DNA of 64,000 nt, taken from contig CAZGNO010000009.1 of assembly GCA_964527785.1 (NCBI GenBank), positions 3,268-67,267 on the forward strand, read 5' to 3'. Shown here in pieces: positions 31,920 to 40,742 of this stretch. The position numbers and the translations under genes were made by a program. The notes below the pieces were generated by a model that saw nothing but the letters and a program-made list of their open reading frames with translations, was not told where the DNA came from and did not search any database. Position 1 is the first letter of the stretch. Each line of letters starts with the position of its first letter. The DNA is from an uncultured Chitinophagaceae bacterium. Its GTDB lineage: Bacteria; Bacteroidota; Ignavibacteria; Kapaibacteriales; UBA961.

Positions 31920-31993
31920 TATAAAAGTATGTATGTCGAAGCATATCTTAAACACAGAATATTAGAAGTCAGCGTATTATCAGGGAGAAAGTT

Positions 31994-32380
31994 ATGAATA
32001 TAACTCCAATTCAAAGTTCCTCATCTATTTCGGTAGTCCAAACAGCGGACATTAAGCCGGAATTGAGTGGACAAAAAGAAAAAAACAGCGAAGAGCTTTC
32101 TACAAAGTCTTCTGTCGCTGTAGCAGAAACTTCACGTAAAAATACTCAGAAAACTGACTTTACGAAGTTGTCGGATAATCTCCAACAGATTTTCAATACA
32201 CCGGATACTGCACTTCGGTTTTCGATTGATAAAGATACAAAAAAAATTATTCTTAAAATTATCAATTCCAAAACCAATGAAGTCGTACAGCAGATACCTA
32301 CCGAAGTTGCTCTGAAACTATCACAGTTTATTGCCAGTACGCTTGAGCAACAAGGGAAAGTTACTGACTCACTTATCTGA
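31994..32380 (+). CDS. flaG: FlaG-family flagellar protein
   Basis: C-terminal DKDTKKIILKIINSKTNEVVQQIPTEVALKLSQFI matches the FlaG motif (...V.V.D..T.EVIRQIP.EE...). Located directly after fliD. Confidence 0.55.
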   Translation: MNITPIQSSSSISVVQTADIKPELSGQKEKNSEELSTKSSVAVAETSRKNTQKTDFTKLSDNLQQIFNTPDTALRFSIDKDTKKIILKIINSKTNEVVQQIPTEVALKLSQFIASTLEQQGKVTDSLI

Positions 32381-32386
32381 TTTTCT

Positions 32387-32764
32387 ATGGAAAACAACAC
32401 AACCATAGGGTGGAATACAGTTGAAGAGATTGAAACGGTTACCATTGAGATTGCTGAAATTATAAAACAGGCGGATTCTCCGAATGATGATGATGTTCAG
32501 CAAACAAACACAATGCCTGATATGCTCACGTATCTTTACGAACGCCGCCAGGAATTACTCGACCAACTTAGAAAATGGTATAACAGCCCGAACGGTCAGC
32601 GTGAATTACGCGGGAATCCCGTCGAATGGAGTTCACGAATTGATAATCTTATTCAAGCAGACACAATCTTACTCGAAAATATTAAGCGCAAAATGGATGA
32701 TGCGCAGTATCGTTTACGGAATATTCAACAAACTAAATCTTTAATGATTTACTCACGGGGGTAA
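32387..32764 (+). CDS. hypothetical protein in the flagellar cluster (possible FlgN/FliT-like chaperone)
   Basis: 125 aa, helical and acidic, no diagnostic motif. The call rests on position only. Confidence 0.3.
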   Translation: MENNTTIGWNTVEEIETVTIEIAEIIKQADSPNDDDVQQTNTMPDMLTYLYERRQELLDQLRKWYNSPNGQRELRGNPVEWSSRIDNLIQADTILLENIKRKMDDAQYRLRNIQQTKSLMIYSRG

Positions 32765-32766
32765 CA

Positions 32767-33078
32767 ATGCCAATCAACTCTTTGGATTCGGTGCGCACAC
32801 CGCTTAATGTAAAGTACGAACAAGCACAGCGCACTACTAACGACCAAAAACAAACAGACGTAGAACAAATTCGCCGCCGCGATGATACACTTGAAATATC
32901 TGTCGAAGCTCGTCAGATTTCAGGCAATCAACTCTCCGAACGTTTGCAACAAATTCAGCAGCAAGTAAACTCAGGGTTTTACAACAATCCTGATGTTATT
33001 CGCCAAGCTGCTTCACGAATTGCTGAGTCTTTCAGAACACAAGATAACGAATCTGTAGAATCCGCAGCGAGCGTGTAA
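32767..33078 (+). CDS. flgM: anti-sigma-28 factor FlgM-like protein
   Basis: 103 aa. The C-terminal ...QIQQQVNSGFYNNPDVIRQAASRI resembles the FlgM sigma-28-binding helix (IK.AI..G.Y.VD...IA). Sits in flagellar context. Confidence 0.5.
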   Translation: MPINSLDSVRTPLNVKYEQAQRTTNDQKQTDVEQIRRRDDTLEISVEARQISGNQLSERLQQIQQQVNSGFYNNPDVIRQAASRIAESFRTQDNESVESAASV

Positions 33079-33154
33079 TTTCAAGATGAGATTTGTACCT
33101 TATGCTTAAAAAAGAAAACAAAACGAGTTTTTTTTCTTTGGGTGTTTTTTTTTA

Positions 33155-33195
33155 GTAGCTTTTTGCAAAATATTTTCTATTTTGCGAAAAGCTAC
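33155..33195. promoter_or_regulatory. 41-bp near-perfect palindrome in the AT-rich ssb upstream region
   Basis: GTAGCTTTTTGCAAAATA-ttttc-TATTTTGCGAAAAGCTAC, 18-bp arms with one mismatch. Could be an operator or a terminator for the flgM operon. Confidence 0.3.
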
Positions 33196-33274
33196 TTTGC
33201 TTTACACATAAAACATCTATTTTTTTTGAATACAGTACATTTCATTGTAAGGATTAATCAAACGAGGTGCAATA

Positions 33275-33706
33275 ATGTCGAGAAGTTTGAATAAAGTAAT
33301 GCTGATTGGTAACATTGGAAAAGCTCCCGAAGTTAATTTTACTCCCAGTGGTATTCCCGTGGCAACGTTCAGCTTGGCAACTACCGAGGCATGGAAAGAT
33401 AAAGACGGGCATTTCCAAGAAAAAACAGAATGGCATACGATCATAGCATGGCGCGGACTTGCTGAGATAGCGCAAAAACATATCCACAAAGGAGCAAAGC
33501 TCTATGTAGAAGGTCGTATACAATCCCGGACATTTGATGATAAAGACGGGCATCGCCGTTATTTTACTGAAATTCTGGCTGATAATATCATTATGCTCGA
33601 GTCAAGGCAACGTCCTGACGGTACTCCAAACGAAGGGCATACACAACATCATTCTCAGGATAATGCAAATACTCCCGTACATCCTAATGATGATATTCCG
33701 TTCTGA
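33275..33706 (+). CDS. ssb: single-stranded DNA-binding protein
   Basis: OB-fold N-terminus (VMLIGNIGKAPE..., TEWHTIIAW) and an acidic C-terminal tail ending in DDIPF. Confidence 0.9.
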   Translation: MSRSLNKVMLIGNIGKAPEVNFTPSGIPVATFSLATTEAWKDKDGHFQEKTEWHTIIAWRGLAEIAQKHIHKGAKLYVEGRIQSRTFDDKDGHRRYFTEILADNIIMLESRQRPDGTPNEGHTQHHSQDNANTPVHPNDDIPF

Positions 33707-33734
33707 AAAAAAATAATGTGGTAATACAAACCGG

Positions 33735-33762
33735 AAGCCCTTTGTGCAAAGGGCTTTTTTTA
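33735..33762 (+). terminator. rho-independent terminator after ssb
   Basis: AAGCCCTTTG-CAAAGGGCTT stem followed by TTTTTTTT. Confidence 0.7.
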
Positions 33763-33837
33763 TAAAATAACAATTCTCTTCCTTCAAAATCGTACTCACT
33801 TCCAGAAAACGTACAATTTAGAATTAGCAACAATACT

Positions 33838-34785
33838 ATGACATCCAAACGCTCAATTGAAATTAAAGTCGGAGTGGTTACACTTTTTTCACTAATTATT
33901 TTAATTATTGGTATTTCCCTTGGACGGGGGTGGTCGGTCTCCGGTTTGCAAAATCAAATTAATTTTCGATTTCCTTCTTCGGGCGGAGTGGAGGTAAGTT
34001 CACCTGTGATGGTAAACGGTGTAAAGCGCGGCTCGGTGATGTCGGTTGCAAACGACAAAGGAAGTGTGCTGGTGAGGGCAACGATGGATGATCTTTCAGA
34101 TTTTCATACTGATGCTTCAGCCAGAATTACAATGTTGGAAATTACCGGTGGTAAGAAAATTGATGTTTATCCGGGGAAGGCGACCACAGCATTTAATCCT
34201 CAAAATGAAATTAACGGGGTTCTCGCTGCCGATGCAACTGAGCTTATTGCTATGGTAGGAGAGCTTGGCGGAGATGCAAAACTGCTTATCAGGCGATTGG
34301 ATACAATTACTGCTGCTGCCACTGCGCTGCTCTCAGACGGAAAAGTAGTTGCTCAGGTGCGCGAAACTGTACAAAATACAAGTCAGCTTGTTGCTTCTCT
34401 TAATTCGTTCGTAGAGAAAAACAAACCGGAACTTCAAGCAACGCTCAACAATTTGAAAGTACTCAGTGCCGACCTTCGTCAGGCAGTACAGGTTAACGAA
34501 CCAAAAGTACGGGAGCTGCTCACCAAAATTGATGCGACCACCGTATCTGTCCAAAACCTACTGGCAAAAGGCGACGCGACGCTCGGTAATGCCGACGGTT
34601 TGGTATCTGATGTTCGCTCGGCTGTGAATAACCTCAAAACCGGAAGCGGCTTTGTGACGAAATTACTCTATGACAAGGAGTTTGCTACTAAGCTCGACAG
34701 CGCAATTATCAAACTTGATGCTTTTATTGATAAGGCGCATGAGCATGGGATTAATGTGAATCTGCGGTTGGGAACGAGACCGTAA
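33838..34785 (+). CDS. MCE/MlaD-family protein
   Basis: N-terminal TM helix followed by an MCE domain (EIKVGVVTLF...NFRFPSSGGVEVSSPVMVNGVKRGSV) and a long coiled-coil C-terminus. Confidence 0.75.
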   Translation: MTSKRSIEIKVGVVTLFSLIILIIGISLGRGWSVSGLQNQINFRFPSSGGVEVSSPVMVNGVKRGSVMSVANDKGSVLVRATMDDLSDFHTDASARITMLEITGGKKIDVYPGKATTAFNPQNEINGVLAADATELIAMVGELGGDAKLLIRRLDTITAAATALLSDGKVVAQVRETVQNTSQLVASLNSFVEKNKPELQATLNNLKVLSADLRQAVQVNEPKVRELLTKIDATTVSVQNLLAKGDATLGNADGLVSDVRSAVNNLKTGSGFVTKLLYDKEFATKLDSAIIKLDAFIDKAHEHGINVNLRLGTRP

Positions 34786-34809
34786 CCATAGAATATTGGT
34801 TTCTTTTTA

Positions 34810-34851
34810 AAACCAATTACAATTTGATATACAAACTGTAATTGGTTTTTG
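34810..34851 (+). terminator. stem-loop plus T-run after the MCE gene
   Basis: AAACCAATTACA...TGTAATTGGTTT, a 12-bp stem, then TTTTT. Confidence 0.5.
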
Positions 34852-35402
34852 GTGTTGATATTTAAGATAGCTATTGTAAAAAATCCGATATGAACTTTAG
34901 TGTACGTACAAATAATGATTATAGCCCCCATAAAGGGTTAGAAGCTGACCTTTCGACTAGCTCAAGCGACAATCAAGTCACGTCACCTTGAGTTCATCGA
35001 AGGGTTAAATTACTTATCAGTTCTGACCAAAAGATTATTGTCTCAATTGGCAATCTAGAGAAGTTTAACAATGCCAAAACATATAGCAGTTAACTTATTC
35101 AACAGAATCGGTTAATAATAGGCAGTATCACCGGAGAAAATGAGCGTAGGGGAACACTGCAGGGCTGTTGGTAAGCACCACAAAGCCAAGCTGTTATTTT
35201 GAATAAGATAAACGGATTCTGTGGTATTGGTAATGATGGCAATTATAGGCAAACAGTACTTAGCCATTGCTATTTTATGATTCTTCATAGATGACGACTG
35301 TGCTACATAAACACAGATACAAAGTTAATACCAAGATAGAACGACTTTGGCAAATGGGGGAAATTCACTCTGTAACCATTATACAATACCGTTAAATTAC
35401 CA

Positions 35403-35945
35403 CTATCGCTCGCTAAGCGCAGCAACAACCCGCCTCACCCCAACATACCCCAACGAAAGATAACTGTCAGCCATTGGTTGCCGTATCACACCACGCGAAC
35501 TCGACGCGTGAATTACCTCATTGTTTCCTGCACAAATCCCTACATGGGATATTCCCGAACCAGTAAACGAAAAGAAAATCAGATCACCCGCTTTAGTATC
35601 ACTCGGAGCAATGTATTTCCCTGCATTAAACTGTTCGGCTGCCGTGCGAGGTAATGTAATCCCGACATTATCATACACACGCTGCACAAATCCCGAACAA
35701 TCCATACAATCATCACCGATTCCACCCCAACAGTACGGAATGCCCATGAACTTCTCCGCCGAGGTAATTATCCTGCGTTGTAATGGAGTGAGTGTTTTGG
35801 TTTGAGTACCCAACACAATCCGCTTACCATTGTCAGATGACGAGCCGTTTCCTGACGAAAACCGTACGGAGCTTTGGCAGGATACAAGAACGAATAACAG
35901 TATGAAAAACGGTCTATAAGAAAGTCGCAAAAAATGTGGTTGCAT
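35403..35945 (-). CDS. NlpC/P60 (C40) cell-wall peptidase lipoprotein
   Basis: Signal/lipobox LVSCQSS, and the C40 catalytic region MGIPYCWGG...DCSGFVQRVY...SHVGIC (Cys-His). Confidence 0.8.
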   Translation of the reverse strand: MQPHFLRLSYRPFFILLFVLVSCQSSVRFSSGNGSSSDNGKRIVLGTQTKTLTPLQRRIITSAEKFMGIPYCWGGIGDDCMDCSGFVQRVYDNVGITLPRTAAEQFNAGKYIAPSDTKAGDLIFFSFTGSGISHVGICAGNNEVIHASSSRGVIRQPMADSYLSLGYVGVRRVVAALSER

Positions 35946-36104
35946 TACTGTATTAAAAATTACTGCGTATCTATTCCGTCATCTAGAAATTACGAACTGA
36001 ATATACCGCAAGATATATGCCATGCATGGGGTCATGTAGTTGGCGATTGCATGAAATAGGTTAATTTTACAGTTTATTACCGGCAATTAATAAAATCATA
36101 TTCA

Positions 36105-37010
36105 ATGGAACTCAAGAAAAAATATCAGTTGCGCGACCGCGTGGTACGAGCAATAACCAAAAACGGCAAATTTCGAATAGCCATAGTAAAATCTACAGAT
36201 ACTACTAAAACTGCGATGGAAAAACACCAGATTTCCGGCTTGACCGGCTATTTACTGGCTCGTGCGCTGTCGGGTGTGGCGCTTCTTTCATCGTTTTTGA
36301 AGGGTGAGGAGCGTATAGTTTTGCAATTCGACGGGACGGGTCCTGTCAAAATGATTTATGTGGAAGCACTGCAATTGGGTGAAGTTCGCGGCTTTGCTAA
36401 AAATGCAGAAGGAGTTGTTGATGCCGCAACTGAAGTAAAGCACCTGACTGATGCTCTCAGCGTAGGTTTTTTGAAAGTATCAAAATACTTATATAATAAG
36501 TTCGAACCGGTTACCGGCATTGTAGAGCTTCACAAGAGTGATATTACTACCGATTTAGCATATTACCTCACACAATCGGAGCAAATTCCATCTGCAATTA
36601 CGCTTGATGTGCTTATGTCCGATTATGATACAGTACTAGAATCAGGAGGGCTTTTGGTACAGGCAATGCCCGGCGCAACCGAGCGTGAAATTGAGCAAAT
36701 GGAGGAAGCAATCCTTAAACTCGGACCAATCGGGAAATTACTAAACGAAGAATTGGCACCTGAGGAAATTTTGGAGAAGGCTATACCGTTTGAATACGAT
36801 ATTGTGAATACTTCACCGATAGATTTCTTTTGCCGCTGTTCATTGCAGAGATTCAAAGATATAATTATGACGCTCGGTATTGATGAAGTCCGCGATATGC
36901 AGCAATCGAACCAAAACGAGCTTATTTGTCAGTATTGCTCAACGAAATACTACTTGGAACACGCAGATTTTGATGAGATTATTACTACATTGAAGGCGCG
37001 TGAGAATTGA
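36105..37010 (+). CDS. hslO: redox-regulated chaperone Hsp33
   Basis: Hsp33 N-terminal domain and the C-terminal zinc centre CRC...CQYC (CxC...CxxC). Confidence 0.8.
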   Translation: MELKKKYQLRDRVVRAITKNGKFRIAIVKSTDTTKTAMEKHQISGLTGYLLARALSGVALLSSFLKGEERIVLQFDGTGPVKMIYVEALQLGEVRGFAKNAEGVVDAATEVKHLTDALSVGFLKVSKYLYNKFEPVTGIVELHKSDITTDLAYYLTQSEQIPSAITLDVLMSDYDTVLESGGLLVQAMPGATEREIEQMEEAILKLGPIGKLLNEELAPEEILEKAIPFEYDIVNTSPIDFFCRCSLQRFKDIIMTLGIDEVRDMQQSNQNELICQYCSTKYYLEHADFDEIITTLKAREN

Positions 37011-37163
37011 TAACTATTCTTTCCCAGGATATTCATTAAGAAATATTATAATAGATATAAGACCATGAAGATTTTCGAAAACCTTCATGGTCTCTATTCG
37101 CACAAAAAACTAACAGTACTGTACTATCCGATTCAACTTACTACATCCCCCATTGGAGCATAC

Positions 37164-38903
37164 ATGAATATTCGACAAACGTTACTACCCTCATTACTTT
37201 CGATTGTTCTTATATTCCTTGGCGGATGCTCAAAACCTGAAACAAGTACGTTCAGAACTGCAAAAGACGGTAAATTCTACGGTGGTACATTCCGGCTTAA
37301 TATGGTTCGTGGAAATCCGAACGGGCTTGACCCGGTAATCATCAATAGTAAACTTGCCGATGATATCGCCCTCCAAATATACGACCGTCTTATTACATTC
37401 GACTCCTCCCTGAATGTCATTCCCGAACTCGCTACACATTGGGAGATTTCACCCGACGGCAAACTCTACACATTTCATCTGCGCACCGATGCGTATTTTC
37501 ACGATAACAAGTGCTTCCCGAATGGCAAGGGGCGTAAAATGACTGCACGTGACGTTGAGTATTCGCTAACGCGGTGTTGCAATCCAGCCACACGGTCTGT
37601 CCATTTCTGGGCATTTAAGGACAGAGTGCTTGGAGCTACCGAATATAATGTTGCACGGCTTGGCGGAAGTAATTCACCAAATACTGTGAGTGGTATCCGA
37701 GTGGTAGATGATTCCACAATTCAAATTGAACTTGTACGGGCAAATGCACCTTTTTTGCTGACACTGGCAAATTCTCTCGGATGTGTCGTCCCTCGTGAAG
37801 CTGTAGAATTATACGGTGCTGACTTTTTCCAAAATCCGGTAGGAACGGGTGCATTCATTTTTGAGAAATGGGAACATGACCGCCAAATGACATTGAGGCG
37901 CAATCCTTCTTACTGGAATCACGACTCTGCAGGTAATCGTCTCCCTTTCTTTGATAACGTAACCATCAGTTTTATCAAAGATGATAAGGTTCAGCTTCAG
38001 GAATTTACCAAAGGTGGCTTGGATGAATGCTTTACTATTCCAACTGAATTTTTTGATAATGTTGTAGATAACGCTACCCGCACTCCAAAAACTCCGTATG
38101 ATAAGTATATTTTTCAGGCAAGACCCGCAATGTGTACGTGGTTTTTGGATTTTCTTTGTACTAAGCCGCCGTTTGATAATGCAGATGTCCGTAGGGCATT
38201 TTCACTGGCAATTGACCGTGAGAAAATCGTAAAATATGTTCTGCGCAACGCGCCGTTTGCTCCGGCGATTCACGGAATCACACCGCCTGTCATGCCTAAC
38301 TATCCGATTGACTCCATCGTAGGATTCGGACTTGACCTGACAAAAGCACGAGAATATATGGCAAAGGCGGGATATCCGAACGGGAAGGGTTTTCCGACGG
38401 TGACACTACATATCTATACCGAGCCACGACTGGTGCAGGTAGCCGAGGCAGTACAAAAAATGCTAAGTGAAGCATTGAATGTGAAACTGGAAATCAAAAC
38501 CGTACAATTCGCCGAACTGCTCTCCCTTGCCGAACAAGGCAAAATCAACTTTTGGGGAACACGGTGGTATGGCGATTACCCTGATGCCGAAAATTTCATC
38601 AATTTACTCGACGGCTCGCTTGTCCCCAAAAATGAAACAGAGCCAAGTTACCCTAACAGCAGCCGCTATTCCAATCCCGAAGCAACTGAAGCACTCAATA
38701 AGGCGGTTGCCTCAACTAATATTCAAGAACGCTCAAATTATTACCGCCAAGCCGAATCTCTGGCAATGAAGGATGCACCTGCGCTTATGCTGTTTTATGA
38801 AATGCACTACAGGATGTTGCAACCGAATGTACGGAACTACCCACTTGATGCAATGGCAAGGGTGGTGTTGAAGAATTCGTGGTTTGCTGCGGGAAAGAAC
38901 TAG
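37164..38903 (+). CDS. ABC transporter substrate-binding lipoprotein, family 5 (peptide/nickel type)
   Basis: Start at MNIRQ (37164, GGAG upstream), lipobox LGGCS, and solute-binding family-5 motifs throughout. The ORF-track start at 37065 is probably too early. Confidence 0.8.
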   Translation: MNIRQTLLPSLLSIVLIFLGGCSKPETSTFRTAKDGKFYGGTFRLNMVRGNPNGLDPVIINSKLADDIALQIYDRLITFDSSLNVIPELATHWEISPDGKLYTFHLRTDAYFHDNKCFPNGKGRKMTARDVEYSLTRCCNPATRSVHFWAFKDRVLGATEYNVARLGGSNSPNTVSGIRVVDDSTIQIELVRANAPFLLTLANSLGCVVPREAVELYGADFFQNPVGTGAFIFEKWEHDRQMTLRRNPSYWNHDSAGNRLPFFDNVTISFIKDDKVQLQEFTKGGLDECFTIPTEFFDNVVDNATRTPKTPYDKYIFQARPAMCTWFLDFLCTKPPFDNADVRRAFSLAIDREKIVKYVLRNAPFAPAIHGITPPVMPNYPIDSIVGFGLDLTKAREYMAKAGYPNGKGFPTVTLHIYTEPRLVQVAEAVQKMLSEALNVKLEIKTVQFAELLSLAEQGKINFWGTRWYGDYPDAENFINLLDGSLVPKNETEPSYPNSSRYSNPEATEALNKAVASTNIQERSNYYRQAESLAMKDAPALMLFYEMHYRMLQPNVRNYPLDAMARVVLKNSWFAAGKN

Positions 38904-38914
38904 GATTTAGGGCA

Positions 38915-38940
38915 TAGCCCACGGTTGAAACCGCGGGCTA
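38915..38940. terminator. hairpin between the convergent substrate-binding-protein gene and a hypothetical gene (TAGCCCACGG-ttgaaa-CCGCGGGCTA)
   Basis: 10-bp stem with one mismatch; overlaps the stop codon of the minus-strand gene. Confidence 0.35.
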
Positions 38941-39693
38941 TATTACAATACCTTTCTTCTCATCCAGTTTCAATGTGTCTGGATAAAATTCAGCAATATA
39001 GTTCCCAATCTTTTTCATATCTTTATGACTATTTAAATAAGGACCAAAGAAAGGTAACCCGATAATAACCGGCAACTTATCATTATCCTCATTTTGATAA
39101 ACATGAATTTTGTTTGAAATACTATTATATTTAACGCGGCTATCCTTAAAATCTTTTTTATACTTAGAAATCTTAACATTATCAATTGCATTTTGAAGTC
39201 TCCAAAACGCATATATAAATTCTTTTATAAACTCCCTTCCCAAACACACTATAACTCTGGGCTCAAATGTAGTTACCAATTTATGAAGCAATGGAAATCT
39301 GTATTTTACGCATTTACCATAATATTCAGATTTCAAAGCGCATCCAGTACGTGTAAAATTACAATCTGACCAATCAAGTGTATTCTCTGCTTTAAGGGGA
39401 AACAGATTGAGTTTAAAAATATTTTTTTCATTCTTATCATAGTTAAAATTCTGACCGTCAGTATTGTTCCATCCTGAAACTATTGTACCAATATTTCTAT
39501 CAAAACTCCACCCTCTTACATCAATATGAGAATAAGGGATTTCAATGCCTTTCATTTTGTGACTAAATTGAGGATAATCTTTTAATTTAAATGGAATCCA
39601 CTCAATTCCACAAAACCACAATTTGGAATTTATATTACCACCATCTATACCGATTAACTCGGTAGATATTTCCTTGATAAAATCTAATTTCAT
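38938..39693 (-). CDS. hypothetical protein (251 aa) in a low-GC islet
   Basis: Clear long ORF at about 30% GC against about 45% for its neighbours. No motif I can assign. Divergent from the dinD-like gene. Confidence 0.5.
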   Translation of the reverse strand: MKLDFIKEISTELIGIDGGNINSKLWFCGIEWIPFKLKDYPQFSHKMKGIEIPYSHIDVRGWSFDRNIGTIVSGWNNTDGQNFNYDKNEKNIFKLNLFPLKAENTLDWSDCNFTRTGCALKSEYYGKCVKYRFPLLHKLVTTFEPRVIVCLGREFIKEFIYAFWRLQNAIDNVKISKYKKDFKDSRVKYNSISNKIHVYQNEDNDKLPVIIGLPFFGPYLNSHKDMKKIGNYIAEFYPDTLKLDEKKGIVI

Positions 39694-39859
39694 AACTTTT
39701 TCCTTAAAATCATAAATAAAATGAGGTTACTTAAGTTACAATCAATATAGTTACTGCTCCATATTCAAAAACAATGTCATAATATACCAAGAATTTACGT
39801 AAATTTACCATGCTTAATTATTGTAATCTTCATCTCCATAACTGCAATACAATATCACA

Positions 39860-40708
39860 ATGAAAACGGAAGAAATAAAGCACCTTTTTAGCAAGTTTGA
39901 ATCGGCTGCAACGCAATTGGAAGGCGTTGAATGCTGGAGCGCACGTGAGATGCAACTTCTTTTGGGGTATAGTAAATGGGAGAATTTTGACAAGGTGATT
40001 CAGCGAGCAAAAGATGCCTGCTCAAATGCAGGAGAAGCCGTTACCAATCACTTTCCTGACGTCAGGAAGGTGATAAAAGCCGGGAAAGGTGCACTCCACG
40101 AAGTTGAAGATATTGCCCTAACCCGTTATGCCTGTTACCTTGTAGCACAGAATGGAGACAGCCGGAAAGAAGAGATTTCCTTTGCGCAAAACTACTTTGC
40201 AGTGCAAACACGTAGAGCAGAATTAATTGAACAAAGACTTCTCGAGCATGAAAGAATTAAAGCCCGTGAGAAGTTAAGCCAAACTGAAAAACAGCTTTCG
40301 GGAATATTATATGAACGTGGAGTTGATAGTGACGGATTCGCTGCAATTCGTTCCAAAGGTGACAAAGCATTGTTTCGGATTTCCACTCAGCAATTAAAAA
40401 ATAAAATGGGTGTTCCTGAGAACAGACCCCTAGCCGATTTTTTGCCGACTATAAGCATCAAGGCAAAAGACCTTGCTGCCGAAATGACCGGTCTAAATAC
40501 ACAAACCAAGGATTTGCATGGTCAAGCACCTATAGAGAAAGAACATATAGACAATAGTGCAGCTGTTCGCAAAATGCTCGGTGAGCGAGGTATTATTCCT
40601 GAAAATCTGCCTCCAGCTGACGATATTAAGAAAATCCAACGGAAACTGGGCGGAGACGAAAAGAATATGCTGAAAGAGGTAAAAAATCAAAAAAAGAAAA
40701 AGAAGTGA
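39860..40708 (+). CDS. dinD: DNA-damage-inducible protein D homolog
   Basis: Motifs WSAREMQLLLGYSKWENFDKVIQRAKDAC and DIALTRYACYLVAQNGD...FAQNYFAVQTRR match my memory of E. coli DinD. Lys-rich C-terminal tail. Confidence 0.65.
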   Translation: MKTEEIKHLFSKFESAATQLEGVECWSAREMQLLLGYSKWENFDKVIQRAKDACSNAGEAVTNHFPDVRKVIKAGKGALHEVEDIALTRYACYLVAQNGDSRKEEISFAQNYFAVQTRRAELIEQRLLEHERIKAREKLSQTEKQLSGILYERGVDSDGFAAIRSKGDKALFRISTQQLKNKMGVPENRPLADFLPTISIKAKDLAAEMTGLNTQTKDLHGQAPIEKEHIDNSAAVRKMLGERGIIPENLPPADDIKKIQRKLGGDEKNMLKEVKNQKKKKK

Positions 40709-40742
40709 CACAAAGTGTCATATCTATGATTTTCCTTCATAT

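Noticed and set aside
34860-35402. tmRNA, RNase P RNA or 6S RNA in the ORF-free gap
   Set aside because: I could not find the conserved tmRNA 5'/3' tRNA-like ends, a tag-peptide reading frame, or RNase P P4 motifs. It is kept only as an unexplained gap.
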